A DNA stretch of 64,000 nt from Podarcis muralis (lineage: Eukaryota): positions 80,166,001 to 80,230,000 of the forward strand of contig NC_135655.1 of the NCBI RefSeq assembly GCF_964188315.1. Reading direction: 5' to 3'. How positions within the stretch are numbered: the first letter of the stretch is position 1; each line of letters starts with the position of its first letter. The notes beneath the pieces were generated by a model. It saw nothing but the letters and a program-made list of their open reading frames with translations. It did not search any database and was not told where the DNA came from. The position numbers and the translations under genes are program-made. This document shows, in pieces, positions 25,501 through 39,023 of the stretch.

Positions 25501-28500
25501 AGAAATAAGATAGTCATATTTCAAATTTGAAAAGGGTCCAAAGTAATGAAAAGCAAAGTATAAAGCCGGTGAAATTCCAGCTGCATATTTCCTATACGGA
25601 GCTTTTTCTTACTCCAAAAGTTTTAAAACTCACTCTGAAAAATGTCTTAACAGTTCCTGATTCACTTGGAAGTACTGTTGTTTAGTTGTGTCCGACTCTT
25701 CGTGACCCCATGGACCAGAGCACGCCAGGCACTTCTGTCTTCCACTGCCATCCGCAATTTGGTCAAACTCATGCTGGTAGCTTCGAGAACGCTATCCAAC
25801 CATCTCGTCCTCTGTCGTCCCCTTCTCCTTGTGCCCTCAATCTTTCCCAACATCAGGGTCTTTTCCAGGGAGTCTTCTCTTCTCATGAGGTGGCCAAAGT
25901 ATTGGAGCCTCAGCTTCACGATCTGTCCTTCCAGTGAGCACTTAGGGCTGATTTCCTTAAGAATGGAGAGGTTTGATTTTCTTGCAGTCCATGGGACTCT
26001 CAGGAGACTCCTCCTGGAAGTACTAGGGTAGGGGTAAAACAAAAATTAACCCCAAATCTCTTCCTATACTGCTAAAAAAGAAATTGTATGCTGTTGTGTC
26101 TCTGGTTTACCAATTGCATCTAATGGTCTTGATTCACTTTTTCAAGTTCCAATAAATATTGTTTGGCAAAAAAGGAAAAAATTGAGAGCCATCTAGGATG
26201 CAGGGAGAAACTGTGTAAATCATCAATTCTCTATTTGTGGAATTAGAAATGAATAAACACTGGAATTCCCTCTTGCCTTGAAAAAGGGGATATCAGCATT
26301 GTAGTATCAAAAGAATGCCGTTTGAGTCTGAAGAGACACAACGTGTCGCATGTCTCCTTGGGAACCGTGGCCAGTGGAAAGAATCTCTAGGTGTTGCAGG
26401 GAAGTTGCTGAAAATAAATAGGTCTGTATTATTTATTGAGACTATACTGTATTGTGTGTAGGGAAGAACTCTTGTGTCAGGCCTATTGCATGGTTCAATA
26501 ACTGCCCAGAAATACAGCAAATAAAATAAAAGGTGTTACCTGTGTGAGACATGACCAGATAACCAAGAATGTGCAGGTCTTGCTCACATGAATGCTTGCA
26601 AACACATTTAACATGATCTTTGGAAGGTTTCAATAGCATCATCAACAGCCACTACCTTTGTTCCTGATGATCCTAATCAGGAAACTACTTTGTAGTATAT
26701 GTGTGGGTGGTGTTGCTGGATATGCACTGTTTTCTCCTACCCTGTAGCTTATGCGATTCTGTATTAGGTTCCTGGAGGCTATTGGGGACATTCTTCTGGT
26801 GGTGTGGGCTTTTCATTGCCTTGCAATGGCAGTCAGTATTTGCTACAAGGCTAGAGTGGCCTTGTGCCCCTAACTGTCTTAGTTTAGTTGAAAGTGAGTA
26901 TCACAAGCTGTACTGTGGTCTTTACTGAGGAAATCTAAATATATTTTTCTTGATGTCAGGAAGCTAACAATAAGTAAGTTTCCAATCTTCTGCTTTGCAG
27001 ATTTAAGAGGTATCCTAAAAATAGCTTGAAGTGCTGATAGCTTGAAGATGTTGAAGTGACTTGATTTTCCTATCACCCTTTAATATCACTGCTGTTCTTA
27101 ATTGATAACATTTTGTTTAGTAGTAACTTTTCTTTTTCTTATGCGTAATATCCATTCATTATTGCAGATTTGTCTCATACTACTATGTAAAACTATTTCT
27201 GCTGCTAGTAATTTTTTGTAGCATGTACCACTTTCTACTTGAAGACTTCCCAGTATTTGACTTTATAAAGTTTGCTTGAAGCAGGAGCTGCTGTTATGTT
27301 TAAAATAACACCCAAGTTTCTTTTATTCTAGATAATTGGAATGTAACAAGCATATCACTGGTTCTATGAAACCAACAAATGGTTGTGACCTGCATCCCAA
27401 TATATTTACTTTAATCCAATTTAGCATACTCAGGCTAAAGCCCATTGAAAACTATGTAACAGGCTAACTGTGATTAAAAGTTCGACTGATTTCAGTGGAG
27501 TTAAGCACTTCCATCTGAAATTAGACAGTGACCATGATCCAGTACATGCCAGAATGCTGATGTTCTTGATAACATAGGCCAAATAGTTGAATTCAGACCC
27601 ATAACAAATGTTAGAATTTGATTGTTTATATCCTGCATGAGTTTTTGCAGTCTTGCTAGTTTAAAACATTGAAGAATCCTTCAGGTGGGAAGCCATACCT
27701 TACAATAATCTGTGAATTACAGTATATATAATTGTTTGCTTCTGATAGTGACTCCTCTGAAGAAAAATGTAGAGGCTGATTTCTAGTGGGGTTCAGTATA
27801 AATCTTGACACAGCCTGATCACCTTTCATGAACAGCCTACAACACGATACTGCTCAAATAATCCAAAGTAGGGAAATAAACCAAGAGGCCTTTCTGCCAA
27901 TTTGAGTGGCCTCTTATAGAGGTTGGTGGTTATGCTATATATGATAGTCTCCTTCACTGCATATATGCAACAAGGAAACACCCCTCATTGGAGCAGTGAG
28001 GAAAATGAGGTGTGTCTGCACACAGTGTAGATTGGGGGAGGGGGGGATGTAAAAATGTGGTTCGATTACCCAGTCCTCCACAAAGAATGGAGAGGCAAAA
28101 TGCCTTGTGCAGTAATAGATGGCAGTGAAACATTCATTCTCCTCATCTCAGAGAAAACGATGGGGTGCTTGGGGCTACATGAAATAGCTAGTCCTCTTTG
28201 CTCTTCCTTGCAACTAGCAAAAAGTGCATGCTTCTTTTTGAGAAGCAGGTTTTACGTTATTACTTAAATTCTAGAATTTATTATTTGATATAGGTGTGCT
28301 ACTATTCTGTGACGAAAAGAACGAATGTGGAGGATTGGCCCTGCTTTGCCTCTGCGTGTGCTCAGTGATATCTTGTGTCTTCTAGGACTCTGAGTTTAGT
28401 AATGCTGACCAGATGGATCTATATGACGACGTGCTAGCTGCCAGCTCACAACCTTCTGAAAGTTGCCCTAGCAGCTCCGAGCCACCACCCGAAAACCGGC

Positions 28501-31500
28501 AAGAGCAGTCTCCTAAGCCAAACAGCAAATCACCTGCTATCCTGTATACCTACAGTGGGCTGCGTAATAAGAGGGCTGCTGTTTATGTAGGCAGCTTCTC
28601 TTGGGTGAGTGCGTTCCATAATCGGAGCAGAAAGTAAAGGGCCTAACAAAAACAAAACATTTGTGTGGAAAGGCTGCATCTGCACTTTAATCTTACTACA
28701 GATGCACTGTTCTTTAATGTTAATAGAGTATAGAGCCCCATGTGGGTGGGTAGGTTTTCTGCTGCTTGCCAACCTCAGTCCTCACAACACATTGGATAAA
28801 TAACTAGAAGCATTGTTCGTTATGACACATTGCTCTATTTAGAACATTTTTATCCTGCTTTTCTCACAAAGACTCAACAGTGGCTTCAAATAAAGAAGCT
28901 GCAGCAACTGTGAATGAATTTTCTCCAGCAAGTATTCCATACTATGCTAAAAAGCAGCACATCTCAGAGTTGGAGAATATGATGCTCTTGCATTAGCAGG
29001 GTAACTTTTAAGAGAAGAGGATTTAACACATTTAAGATACATCAGAAAATATGATAATAGTAGAATTGGGACCCTTAAGATGCCATGATACAGACATTTT
29101 CACAAAATTTTCTGTAGCCGGCATACAGGTATGAGAGTTTTCTCCTATGAATGAATGTCTTAGGACCTGAGTAAGTCATATTGGGCCTGCTGTGTCATGA
29201 TTTAGGGTGTGTAGACTTATCACTGCCCTAAGTGCACGCAGTTCTCTTGAATACCTGTGGTATGTGTTGGGAAAGGGATTGCTGCTGCTGCTCCTTCAAT
29301 TGCTTAGGTCTGTCTAGAACTTTCATCTTCTAGGAAGATACATGTTCACACATGTACGCGCTCACACATTTGCAGCTCCAAAAGTGACTGTAGTGGGAGG
29401 GGTTTAATCGAATGTTCCTTCATTAGACTATACCAGGAACAGTATAGGAACTTGAGAAGGATGAGTTCTCTTACTAATATAAGATGATGTGGGTTCTCTA
29501 AAAGGTTTCAGGTTATGATGTAATTTTCTGCTTCTTCATACATAGTGGACAACTGACCAGCAGCTGACCCGAATAATCCGTTCTGTGGGTGTTTATGATG
29601 TGGTGGAACTCAAGTTTGCTGAGAACAGAGCCAATGGCCAGTCCAAAGGGTGAGCACTCCAAGACTGCTTCATAAAAGGACCCATCATGAGGGGCTGTAA
29701 TTGTGGGAGGAATGATCTAGGGACCAGTGTGGTTGATAATGGTGTGCACATAAGTCTGGTTTTCTTGCTATTTTTTTAAGGTGGCCTTAGAAGTCCCTGT
29801 TACTGTCCGGTTTGGATGCCACTGCCTTCAAACTAAATGACTACTTGTTATATGTGATTCATGAAGGTGGTGGGCTCTTGTCCAATTCTGCAGAGCGATC
29901 CCTTGTCAATGTGCTATTTGCTGCTACTCTTAATGACAGCTTTATGTTTGGAGGGCATGGAGCTGAAAATTCTGCACTGTTAATGACACTGTGCTTGTGG
30001 ACAGCGGGGTTGGCCTGAGAAATCAATCAAATCAGGAATGGGAGAACCTTGGGCCTGTGGGCCACATCTGGCCGCCAGAGGATTCCCATCCAGCCTCCAC
30101 AGCCTCTTGTCCTTGGCTCCTGGGCTGGCCGTGGAGGGCAGTGTTAGAAACTGGGATAGGAATACTAGGAGCCATGTGGGTGCCAAACCAAAATGTGTAG
30201 TGGGCCATTTTTATTGCTCCCCCCCTCACCAGACCAGGCAGCCCCACAGCAATAAAAATTAAAATTGCTGCTGGGTGACTCAGGAGGTCTGCTGTGTAGT
30301 GTGGCAGCAAAAGACAAGTCTTTTGCTACCTCTCTACCCTGCCAAACACCTGGTTCACCTAGCAGCGGGGCAGCAGCAAAAAACAAAGACAGATGGAGAT
30401 GTTAGGCACTAAAAGTGGCACCTGGACATCTCCATCAAGTTGCAAAAGGCCAATTGCAAAATGTGACTGGTACCCGCTAATTTCAAACCCTGGTGGAACG
30501 AGCTCTCTGTCTCCCATGCTATCACAGAAGTGCAGCAGATTGGAGGCACAGGAACTTCATCTGGATAAGTACTGCAGTGGGAGATAAAGGGATGAAACCC
30601 CTTACCTCTTGTTCCTGACATGGATTGGGCCCCCACACCTGCAATTTGCCAGGAGGGAGGCACTCACATAGGAACAAATGGGGGGTTTTCCCTCAGTGCA
30701 TCTGTGTGTATGCGAGAGCGATAAATGTAATGATGTGAGCTCATATGTGTGAGCAGATGAGGATGGGTGGGGGGGTGAGAGCAGGAGTGGTGTGGCCCTG
30801 TCTAATTTTTCCTCCCGTCCCACCCACCAATGCTACATAGCAGTGACATTTTTTAGACCTTGGGTGGGGGAAGATTTCTTGTCTTGGATTAGATGGTTTT
30901 CCTTACTAGAAGTTGCTGACAGTCTTCAGTTCTTTTTCCTCTGTGACCAGGTACGCAGAAGTGGTGGTTGCCTCTGAGAACTCCGTCCACAAACTTCTGG
31001 AGCTGCTACCAGGAAAGATTCTCAATGGAGATAAAGTGGAAGTGAAGTTGGCTACCCGGCAGAACCTTGCACAGTTTGAGGCTCAGGCTCGAAAAAGTAA
31101 GTTTAGATGGGGGTTGCATTTGCTAAGTAGGGAACAAGGCAGAAATACAGGGCATTGGTTAGGTCGCAGAGAAACCTGAGCAGAGCTTTAAGCCAGAAAC
31201 AATTTGGATGTGTGTGAATATCCAGGGAGTGTCCATGTATATTTTCTTTTTCTGTTGCTGCTGAGTGACGCCCAAGTAGATTTTATTATCCCCTTCTATA
31301 TTGCATGATTTGAGGCACGCTTCAAACTGAATGGGCTTAAGCTATTGAAGCTGCCATAGCTAGGACCACCCCCAGCTCCTCTCTGAACCTTCTCCAGAAT
31401 TTGTGCAGCCCTGAAGGGGTAAGGTGCCCTGTATTGGATGCAGTGCTCCAGCTGGGGCCTTACCTCTTGGTCATATAATTCATTTACTATTATTTATAAA

Positions 31501-34500
31501 ACACATATCCCACCCTTTCTCCCAAAGGAGCCCAGGGTGGCAAAGGAGGACCATAATAGATGGCCCTGTTTGTCAATTTCTGTGAAAGGTATGCTGTTGA
31601 ATGTACTATCTGACTTAGTAAGTGGAGAAGAGGACAGTTTCCTCTGTTGTTTGCAGAATTAATCTGGACTGTTAGGATCCACCGTTTTGTATGATCCTGT
31701 CATAGTGTCAACTGACTATAGAGTTGCAGCCTTGTCAGCTTTAGCACAGCTGCGTTTTAATGGCCTCCATGTTCTGCCCTAGAAATTGACTGAAATTCAG
31801 TGCAGAAAGTCATGTTGGCCCTATGTCCCTAATCTCCACGGGGTGTCATGGTGCTGTGGTCCATTTCTCTGTGGTAGGAAGGTCAGTCAGTGTTGCTGAA
31901 TCATAAGATGAAGCAGAGCTGCTTTTAGCCCTCATCAAGCTTTTCCCTGTGAAAAACTGCTTAAAGGGGCTTATCTTATCTTCACTAGGAGGTCGCGCTG
32001 GTGAATGGCAACGCCTGACAGTAACCATGGCACGTCACCATTTTTGACAAGGCCTTCGTTAATGACTTCCACCACTTTGTGATTCCTCGCCCAAAGGGCC
32101 TGAGAAATACAAATTTGTTGTTTCTAGTAATTTTATTTACACTCTGCCTCTCTCTAGCCCCCAAAGTGGCGAACTGTAAAGCAGACAAGCCAGTACGATA
32201 AAGAAAAACACATGCACAAGTTAAACGTTTGAAGTTCTCTTTATTGCACTCTCCTATTTATCACAAAGGAAACCTAAAAGTGGCTTCCGTTCGGTGACCA
32301 TGAAGTGAATTTTTAATGTAATTCAGACACATGCTGAGTTTGAAATATGAATGTTATTAGATTATCCCAAACTTGCTGTCACCAAGTATCATGTGGTGAT
32401 GGTATAACAGATTTCTGTGTCCCTAATTATTGTGTGTCATTGCAATTGTATGATCATGGTTTTTTTCTTTTGAAATGTTTCTCAGTTATATTTGCAATTA
32501 ATTAATTTTGCCACATTGGGACAAGATCGCAATATGTTTCAAAATCCATCTTCTCAACATTCTCTCCATTATTTTTTTTAGTTCTTTTGATTATTGATTT
32601 CTTTCAATTATGTTTAGGTTCTCTATCTTGAATAAAGGTCTTAATTTTTTTAAAAATGTATCAAATCTCATAACATACTATAGTTGAGCTTATTGTACAT
32701 TGAAATTCTAAATTAAGATGACACAGCTTTTTTTAACCTGGAGTTTTTGAAATAATATATTTTTGCTTTACGCAGACATTGTAAATCTTTGTAAATACTT
32801 CCTGTAATGCCCTTCCATATTATTGCCATCTTGGTTTGTGTCAAATAAAGTTGACTCTAAGTACAGTACTTTGGTCAGCATGGCTTGATTATTTCTCTGG
32901 GGTCAATAGCTCTTCATTGGGAAGAATAAAGGAGTCACGTTTCCAGATTTAGGAAGCTTTCTGACTTTGAGGCCAAGCAACTGGCCTGGTGGAGCAATGG
33001 TGGATAGTATTAATTGCCTTCCAGTACTTGGGTATTGTCCCCTTGTTTTTCTAACGTTGCATTTATTAAGAATGTCGATTTCTTAATTATAGCCAGAAGT
33101 ATTCATGGCAACTGAATCTAGTTTAATTCATTAGTCAGGATCTGCTGATGTATCTAAAACTATATTGCTCTCAGAAGGACCATAAGTTTTCTTCCATTCC
33201 ACAGATAATTGCTTATTTCAGTTGCTTATTTTATGTAGAAGGAGATGCGGTTTGTATTACAGATTAAGGTTCAGAGACTTCTCTGCATCTACATTTTGTA
33301 TTCTGTGAGAATGGAAATGTTGATTATTTTCTGGATGTAGTAGAAAACACTCAGTTTGCAGTAGGTGTTCAGGAAGTAGTTCAGTGACTTAAAAGCAGCA
33401 ATATATATATAAGCCTGTTGATATTTGCCTTTATGTAAAGCAACGTATCCTCATATATTGCAAGGTAGTTGATATTGGCATATTAGGTTTTAATATTTCA
33501 CTTTATTGAAGAATTCTACTAAAAGAACCAAATGTTCTGCTGAGTGCATTCACTAAGCAGTAGGTTCCTGAGGTCATTATTTCAGGGGACGGGGAGGAGT
33601 GGGAGTTAAGCATATCTCCCAAAATTATGGGTCTGGAGGATTCTGTATAATTGTGTAGTGTTAGAATGTTCAGGTTTCCACTCATTAGAATACTTATAAT
33701 AGGAAAGGAGTAGGGATAACACTATAGCCAATTAGTGATTTTACTGAAGACCATTCTTGCATAATCCAGTGCTTGTATAGTGTTAGCTAGAATTTCAGAC
33801 ACATTTTACATCATTAGTTAGGAGAATTAGATCAGTGAGAAGGCCATTCATGTACAGTTTTGTGGCTGTTGCCTGCAGTTTTCAGAGGGTAGAACAATTG
33901 CTTTGTCTGCAGAAGTTTCCATATTTAATCCCTGGCATCGCCATGTAGGATTGGAAAGAGTCTTCTCTGAAGTCCCAGAGAGCTACTGCCAGTCAGTGTA
34001 GACTATACTGAATAAGATGTGTTGATCACAGAATCAGAATTGTAAATGTTCTGACTTGGATTAAGTCAACTTCCGAGTTCCTACTCATCAAATGATAACC
34101 CATTTGTGGTGTTACGTTTGCACAGTGGACTTCCATTAACACATTGAACTCTGCTCATGCAGCATTGGATACAACACCGTCTATTTTAGTTGTCACTGTA
34201 CCAAAGAGTGGGTTAGTCAAATATTTCCCTTATATTCAGCATGGTTTGATTAATTTTTATGCTGTCACATTTTCGTTCTTTTCTCTTGAAGCTTCCTGAT
34301 TTTGCTTTTCCTTAAATGAGAAAGTTCAATACATTTGTCTCTGATAGTATGTGATGTTCTAATCAGTTACATTAAAAATGAATATTTTAATATATCTTTA
34401 TATATAATATAACATACTGACTATGGCTGAGATGTAAACAACATAGACACCAGTTCAGATTTCCCCTTGGCTATAAGCTCAGTTACTAGGTAATATTAGG

Positions 34501-36701
34501 TAAGCCACACTTTTTCAGCCTAAACACCTATCTAGAATCTTTGCGATAAAGATCTGTCAAGTAGGATTATTAGCAAGTTTACTGTGCTAATACATAAAGC
34601 ATTTTGAACACACTATAAGCACTATATGAATGATAAGTATTACTTGAATGCTCAGGCAAAATTTATTTCACTGAAACTGAACAGTGTAAAATACACTCAA
34701 GACATTCTAAGACCATAAATGAAATGTTCTCAGTTCAGTTTGGACACACTGCTATTGTAAATTGTAATTAAAGTTAAGCATTGATTTAGCATGTTATGCT
34801 GCCTGTCCATCTTACTCATAATCAGTGCATAATACAACTATCTGTCAACTCAGCACACAATACTTAAGAGAGCTCTTACAGGTCTCTTGGCCAAGACTGG
34901 GAACGCCCAGTTCCAGAGCAGGAAGGTATCTCTCTAGATACCTCAACATTGCCCAAATCAACCCAAAAGTCTGTGTGCACATACTAGTGAAACCCACTTT
35001 TTCTCACATGTATGAGATAAGAGTTCTGATATTTGGGCAAGGTGTTATTGCAATTCAGAGGCATGATGGTTGACATGGGTGTACTTACTGGAAAGCGGGG
35101 AGAGGGTTATTTTGTCAGAAAACTGACCTACCCGACTGCTACAGTGTTGAGCGCTTTTCCTCTTCTGTGATGTCTGACAGGGGTGCCTCCGAGGGCTCAC
35201 TCAAGGGATTCCTCCGACTCGGTAGATGGCCGAGCCACTCCGACAGAGAATGCTGTGCCGCCGCCACGCATTGAGAAGCCTCCTGTGTTGCCTTTCTTCA
35301 ACCGCCCTCCTTCTGCGCTTCCTCTCATGGGGCTGCCACCTCCACCCATACCACCCCCTCCTCTTTCCTCAAGCTTCGGGGTTCCCCCTCCCCCTCCAGG
35401 AATCCACTACCAACACCTCATGCCCCCTCCCCCTCGACTTCCTCCACACCTCACTGTGCCACCTCCTGGGGCCGTGCCACCTGCGCTGCACCTCAACCCA
35501 GCCTTCTTCCCCCCACCCAATGCAGCAATGGGGCCCCCGCCAGACACCTATAACAAGACCTCTGCAGCATACAACCACAGCAGGTGAGAGCAAGCCCATT
35601 CCCGGGAATCTGAGAAGAAAAAAATCAAAACTAAGCAGTGCAAAGAACAGTAGCTAAGCCTCTTGTTTAGCAAGGGCTTAGTTATTTTGTTTTTATGCAA
35701 AGAGTGATGGTTCAACTAGACATGAAACCACCTTCTCGTTGGTGGTAGAAAATGCCTCGCATAGCTCTAGGGCACGACAGCTGACAACTTGCTTCTTGAA
35801 GGATGCTACTTAATGCCTGCTTTGGGGAGGGGGGCAGTACCTGGTCAACCACACATTTCTGTTTTGAAAGGCCTTGAATTGCCTTGTCTATGAATAAGGA
35901 ACTGTGTCATAGTTCTGCTTGAAGCTGTTTATCCTCTGTGTGTGATGGGTGTGTGTTTGTGTACTACAGCAGGGAACTGGGCCCATTGCCGCCTCCTGTC
36001 AGTGAAGCTGAATTTGAGGATATCATGAACAGGAATCGAGCAATTTCCAGCAGTGCCATTTCCAAAGCTGTGTCTGGTGCCAGTGCAGGTAACCAGAGCT
36101 GGCTTTTGCTACCTCTTGCCATTTCTCGCTCCTGGCCTCATTCTTACCATGGCACCTTTGCTCTGTTATATTGCAGGGGACTACAGCGATGCCATTGAGA
36201 CCCTGCTCACAGCCATCGCTGTGATTAAACAGTCACGTGTCGCAAATGATGAGCGGTGTAGAGTCCTTATCTCTTCACTCAAGGATTGTCTTCATGGCAT
36301 TGAAGCCAAGTCTTACAGCATGGGCACCAGCAGCAGCTCTTCCAGGTGAGCTTCAGGCACAGTTATTGCCAAGTCATCCAGCTACTGTCACTCATGTTGC
36401 TGATGGGCGAGTCTCAGTTGTGCTCTGGTCCCCTTCCTGGGCTTTGTACAGCCAGGTAGGAATAAGTGCTTTTGGTAGGGGAAAGGGTCTTGTTACAGCT
36501 TGCCAGTAACTAGATACCTCATTGTTTTCCAGAAAACGGCACCGGTCTCGGGATAGATCACCCAGTCGGTCTCGTGAGAGCAGTAGGAGGCACCGAGACG
36601 TCGTCCATAATGAAGATCGGCATGAGGACTATTTCCAGGAAAGAAGCCGGGAGCATGAGCGACATAGAGACAGGGACAGAGAAAGAGACCGACATCACTG
36701 A
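19301..36701 (+). CDS. CPSF7: Cleavage and polyadenylation specificity factor 7 (CFIm59), complete, 460 aa, 8 coding exons
   Basis: Exons 19301-19354 ([18 protein letters not shown]), 28386-28604, 29546-29649, 30951-31096 (RRM), 35181-35583 (Pro-rich), 35970-36088, 36177-36345, 36533-36701 (RS/RD tail ...RERDRHH*). 1383 nt, all GT-AG and in phase. Confidence 0.98.
20975..21150 (+). mobile_element. tRNA-derived squamate SINE (Squam2-like)
   Basis: gttcagtggcagagcac...gaggtcccaag...ccctgccatctccag...gtctgaagccctggagaac...tgccag; further copies at 23875-24070 (minus), 33870-34020 (plus) and 10530-10685. Confidence 0.6.
22989..23247. mobile_element. Tc1/mariner MITE with TA target-site duplication
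   Basis: ta-CCGTATTTTT...ATAAGAC at the left and GTCTTAT...AAAAAATACGG-ta at the right. Confidence 0.9.
23875..24070 (-). mobile_element. tRNA-derived squamate SINE (Squam2-like)
   Basis: gggaagctgccttatactaaatcagaccatt...agctcagtattgtctacagtgactagcag...gctctacctttcagctatggccc. Confidence 0.7.
25677..26014 (-). mobile_element. RTE-BovB LINE 3' fragment with 10-bp target-site duplication
   Basis: Open [60 protein letters not shown]...[22 protein letters not shown] at 25667-25676 and 26015-26024. Confidence 0.93.
31989..32870 (+). other. CPSF7: Candidate CPSF7 alternative terminal exon / intronic poly(A) site (intron between coding exons 4 and 5)
   Basis: Acceptor ttatcttatcttcactag|GA at 31988/31989 with in-frame TGA at 32045-32047. 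Second acceptor tttttgctttacgcag| at 32775/32776. TGTA at 32780, 32790 and 32803; AATAAA at 32844-32849. Confidence 0.5.
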
Positions 36702-37180
36702 GAGAAGTGAGAGATGTTTCCAGTTTGCTTTACCTTTCCCATCCCCTCCAGCCCCACCCAGTGTATTTTCCTTTCCAAAAAAAGCGCCTTCTCTTCAAGT
36801 TGAGTATCATCCCTCTTGTAGATGCTGGCTAGGTAAGGTTGATTTCCCTTATGCTCTGGAAGACTTTCCATGGCAGAATCTCACACTTCTCTCCAGTGAG
36901 TGGACTGGTTATGCATGGATCTTAAGCTACCAGGGCAAATACATATTGTATTGTGTTCTCCATGCAGTATGTTCTGCTAGGTAAGATTTTTCAAAAAATA
37001 AGGGAGTTGTCTGCTCCCTGATTGACTTGCACTTTGAGTACATGCTTGAGCTGTTTATTTTCTAACTTAGTAGATTTTTAGTATATTCAGCTGGGCTCTG
37101 AATAACTGTGTGTTTCAGGCCAACTATGCAATTTTGTTAGGGTACTTTTCCTTATTCCTTGTACTGTGACCAGTGGATTG

Positions 37181-37954
37181 CCGTATTTTTCGCTCCATAA
37201 GATGCACTTTTTTCTTCCTAAAAAGTAAGGGAAGATGTCTGTGGTCCCTGGAGCCGAATTGCCCGGGGCGAAAAGCAGATCATGATTTCTTTCTTTCTTT
37301 TGAAAGAGGGAAGTGGGTGTTGAAACAAAGCCGCTGATCAGCAAGCGATCAGGAGGGAGATGAGGGACGCTAGCAATAAAGGAGGCTGTCTGGGAGGGGG
37401 GAGGTAAAGACAGCGAACTTGGAAGGAGAGGAGACAGGAAGACTAAAGCACTGAGGAGAGAAATTAGAAGAAAAGAGAAGCAAAAAACTGCTCCAGCTAA
37501 GGAAAAGACACTAAGGCAAACAAGAGGGAAGGGAGTGTTGAAAGGAAGCAGCTGATTGGCAAGCGATCAGGAGGGAGATAAGGGACGCTAGTGATAAAGG
37601 AGGCTGCCTGGGAGGAGGGGGGGGTAAAAGCCCATGGATCCTCAGGATTTTTGCATTGGGTCACCCGAAATCACATCAGATCACATAGCATGTCCATGGC
37701 TACAGCCTGCACCCAAAAAAATCCTGCACCCACTGTTGTGTGGGGCCGCAATGGCGCAAAAATGTGGTTACAAAGCACAGGTCCACATGGATCCTCAGGA
37801 TTTTTGCTTTGGGTCACCCCAAACTCGCTGTCAAATCACATGTCTGTGGCCACAGCATGAACCACAAAAATCATACATCCACTGTTTCATTCAGAATATT
37901 TTTTTTCTTGCTTTCCTCTAAAAACTAGGTGCGTCTTATGGAGCAAAACTACGG
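37181..37954. mobile_element. Long Tc1/mariner MITE (same family as 22989-23247) with internal duplications
   Basis: Terminal repeats ccgtatttttcgctccataagatgcac and gtgcgtcttatggagcaaaactacgg. Internal direct repeats at about 37338-37400/37558-37620 and 37634-37730/37787-37880. Confidence 0.85.
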
Positions 37955-39023
37955 TGTTTCTGTAGGTTAGAATCAGATGCCCTGGTAAATGTGTCAAGGG
38001 CCCAGTCTATATATTGCAATAAGTCCTGGTTACTGTGAACTAGTAGCATGCTAATGCAAACTGCTCAGTAGCTGCCAGTTTGCTGCTGCCCTGCTATGAA
38101 TGACAGCAATAATCTGATCAAGACACAATCCGCAATCCAAAGTTTGTTCTTGACTTACCGACCATTGTTCAAGAGAAACAAGCTGTGATTCCAATGTGCA
38201 TGTTAATGACAAGCCAATCTCCATGGCTTATTGCTCCCATCCATGCCATGGGAAAGTGCGAGTGCTTGGGCAGTTTTGTTTTTAAGTTTGTGCGGAAAGC
38301 TACTTTTGCCCTTCCTGACTGTATTGATTGTGTCTGAGGCTGTACCTCTGCAAGCATTAAATTCAGATTCAGTCATCATTAGTGTGTTTGATTTATGGAA
38401 TCCCTGATGAGCCCAGCTATGACTCACAGACGTAACTATCTCTTTGAAGAGTTTTTACCATCTCTGTGTTCATGTTTGCTGGTCTTGTTTGCCTCTTTGT
38501 AAAGCAAACCAACAACAAATCCAACTGACTTTGAATTCTCAGACCTAGCATAAGGGAGAGAAATTGCAAAAAAAAAGAGTTCAGATCTTTTAATTCAAGA
38601 GGAGCATCACAGACTAGTATTGGTAGAATAACTTCTCTAACTTGAAAATTAGCCATTTTTCCCCAATGGCAATCTGCCTTGGGTGCCCTGGAATAAAAAG
38701 TGGAGTAGAAACTACAAAAATAAGTAAAACATAGCCTTGCAATCTCACCACCCTCTTTGCTTTATGAATGTGACTAGCACCTAAGGTGGTGATGAGTCTG
38801 ACTTGAGAGTAAGTTTGATTCAGTGGGTAAAGTGCTGAGTCTAGTCCAGTTCAACCATGAGCTAAGACAACCCTGTAGCTTTGGTTCCCTATTGCATGTG
38901 GAAATAACTGTGACTTCCCCATGGAGTTACAGTCCAGGGTTAATGAACAAAATTCTCAACAAACCTCTTTGAAAGTGCTATAGAACTTACTGGCGTTTCC
39001 AATTTTGTTTTGTCTCTTTCTAG

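Noticed and set aside
35145-35180. Upstream acceptor that might give the longer human-type CPSF7 exon (ECVRVPRGG insert)
   Set aside because: Use of ctacag|tg at 35144/35145 introduces an in-frame TGA before the main exon.
37338-37880. Direct repeats with spacers, superficially array-like
   Set aside because: There are only two copies of each unit, inside a TIR-bounded MITE in a vertebrate intron; this is not a CRISPR or satellite array.
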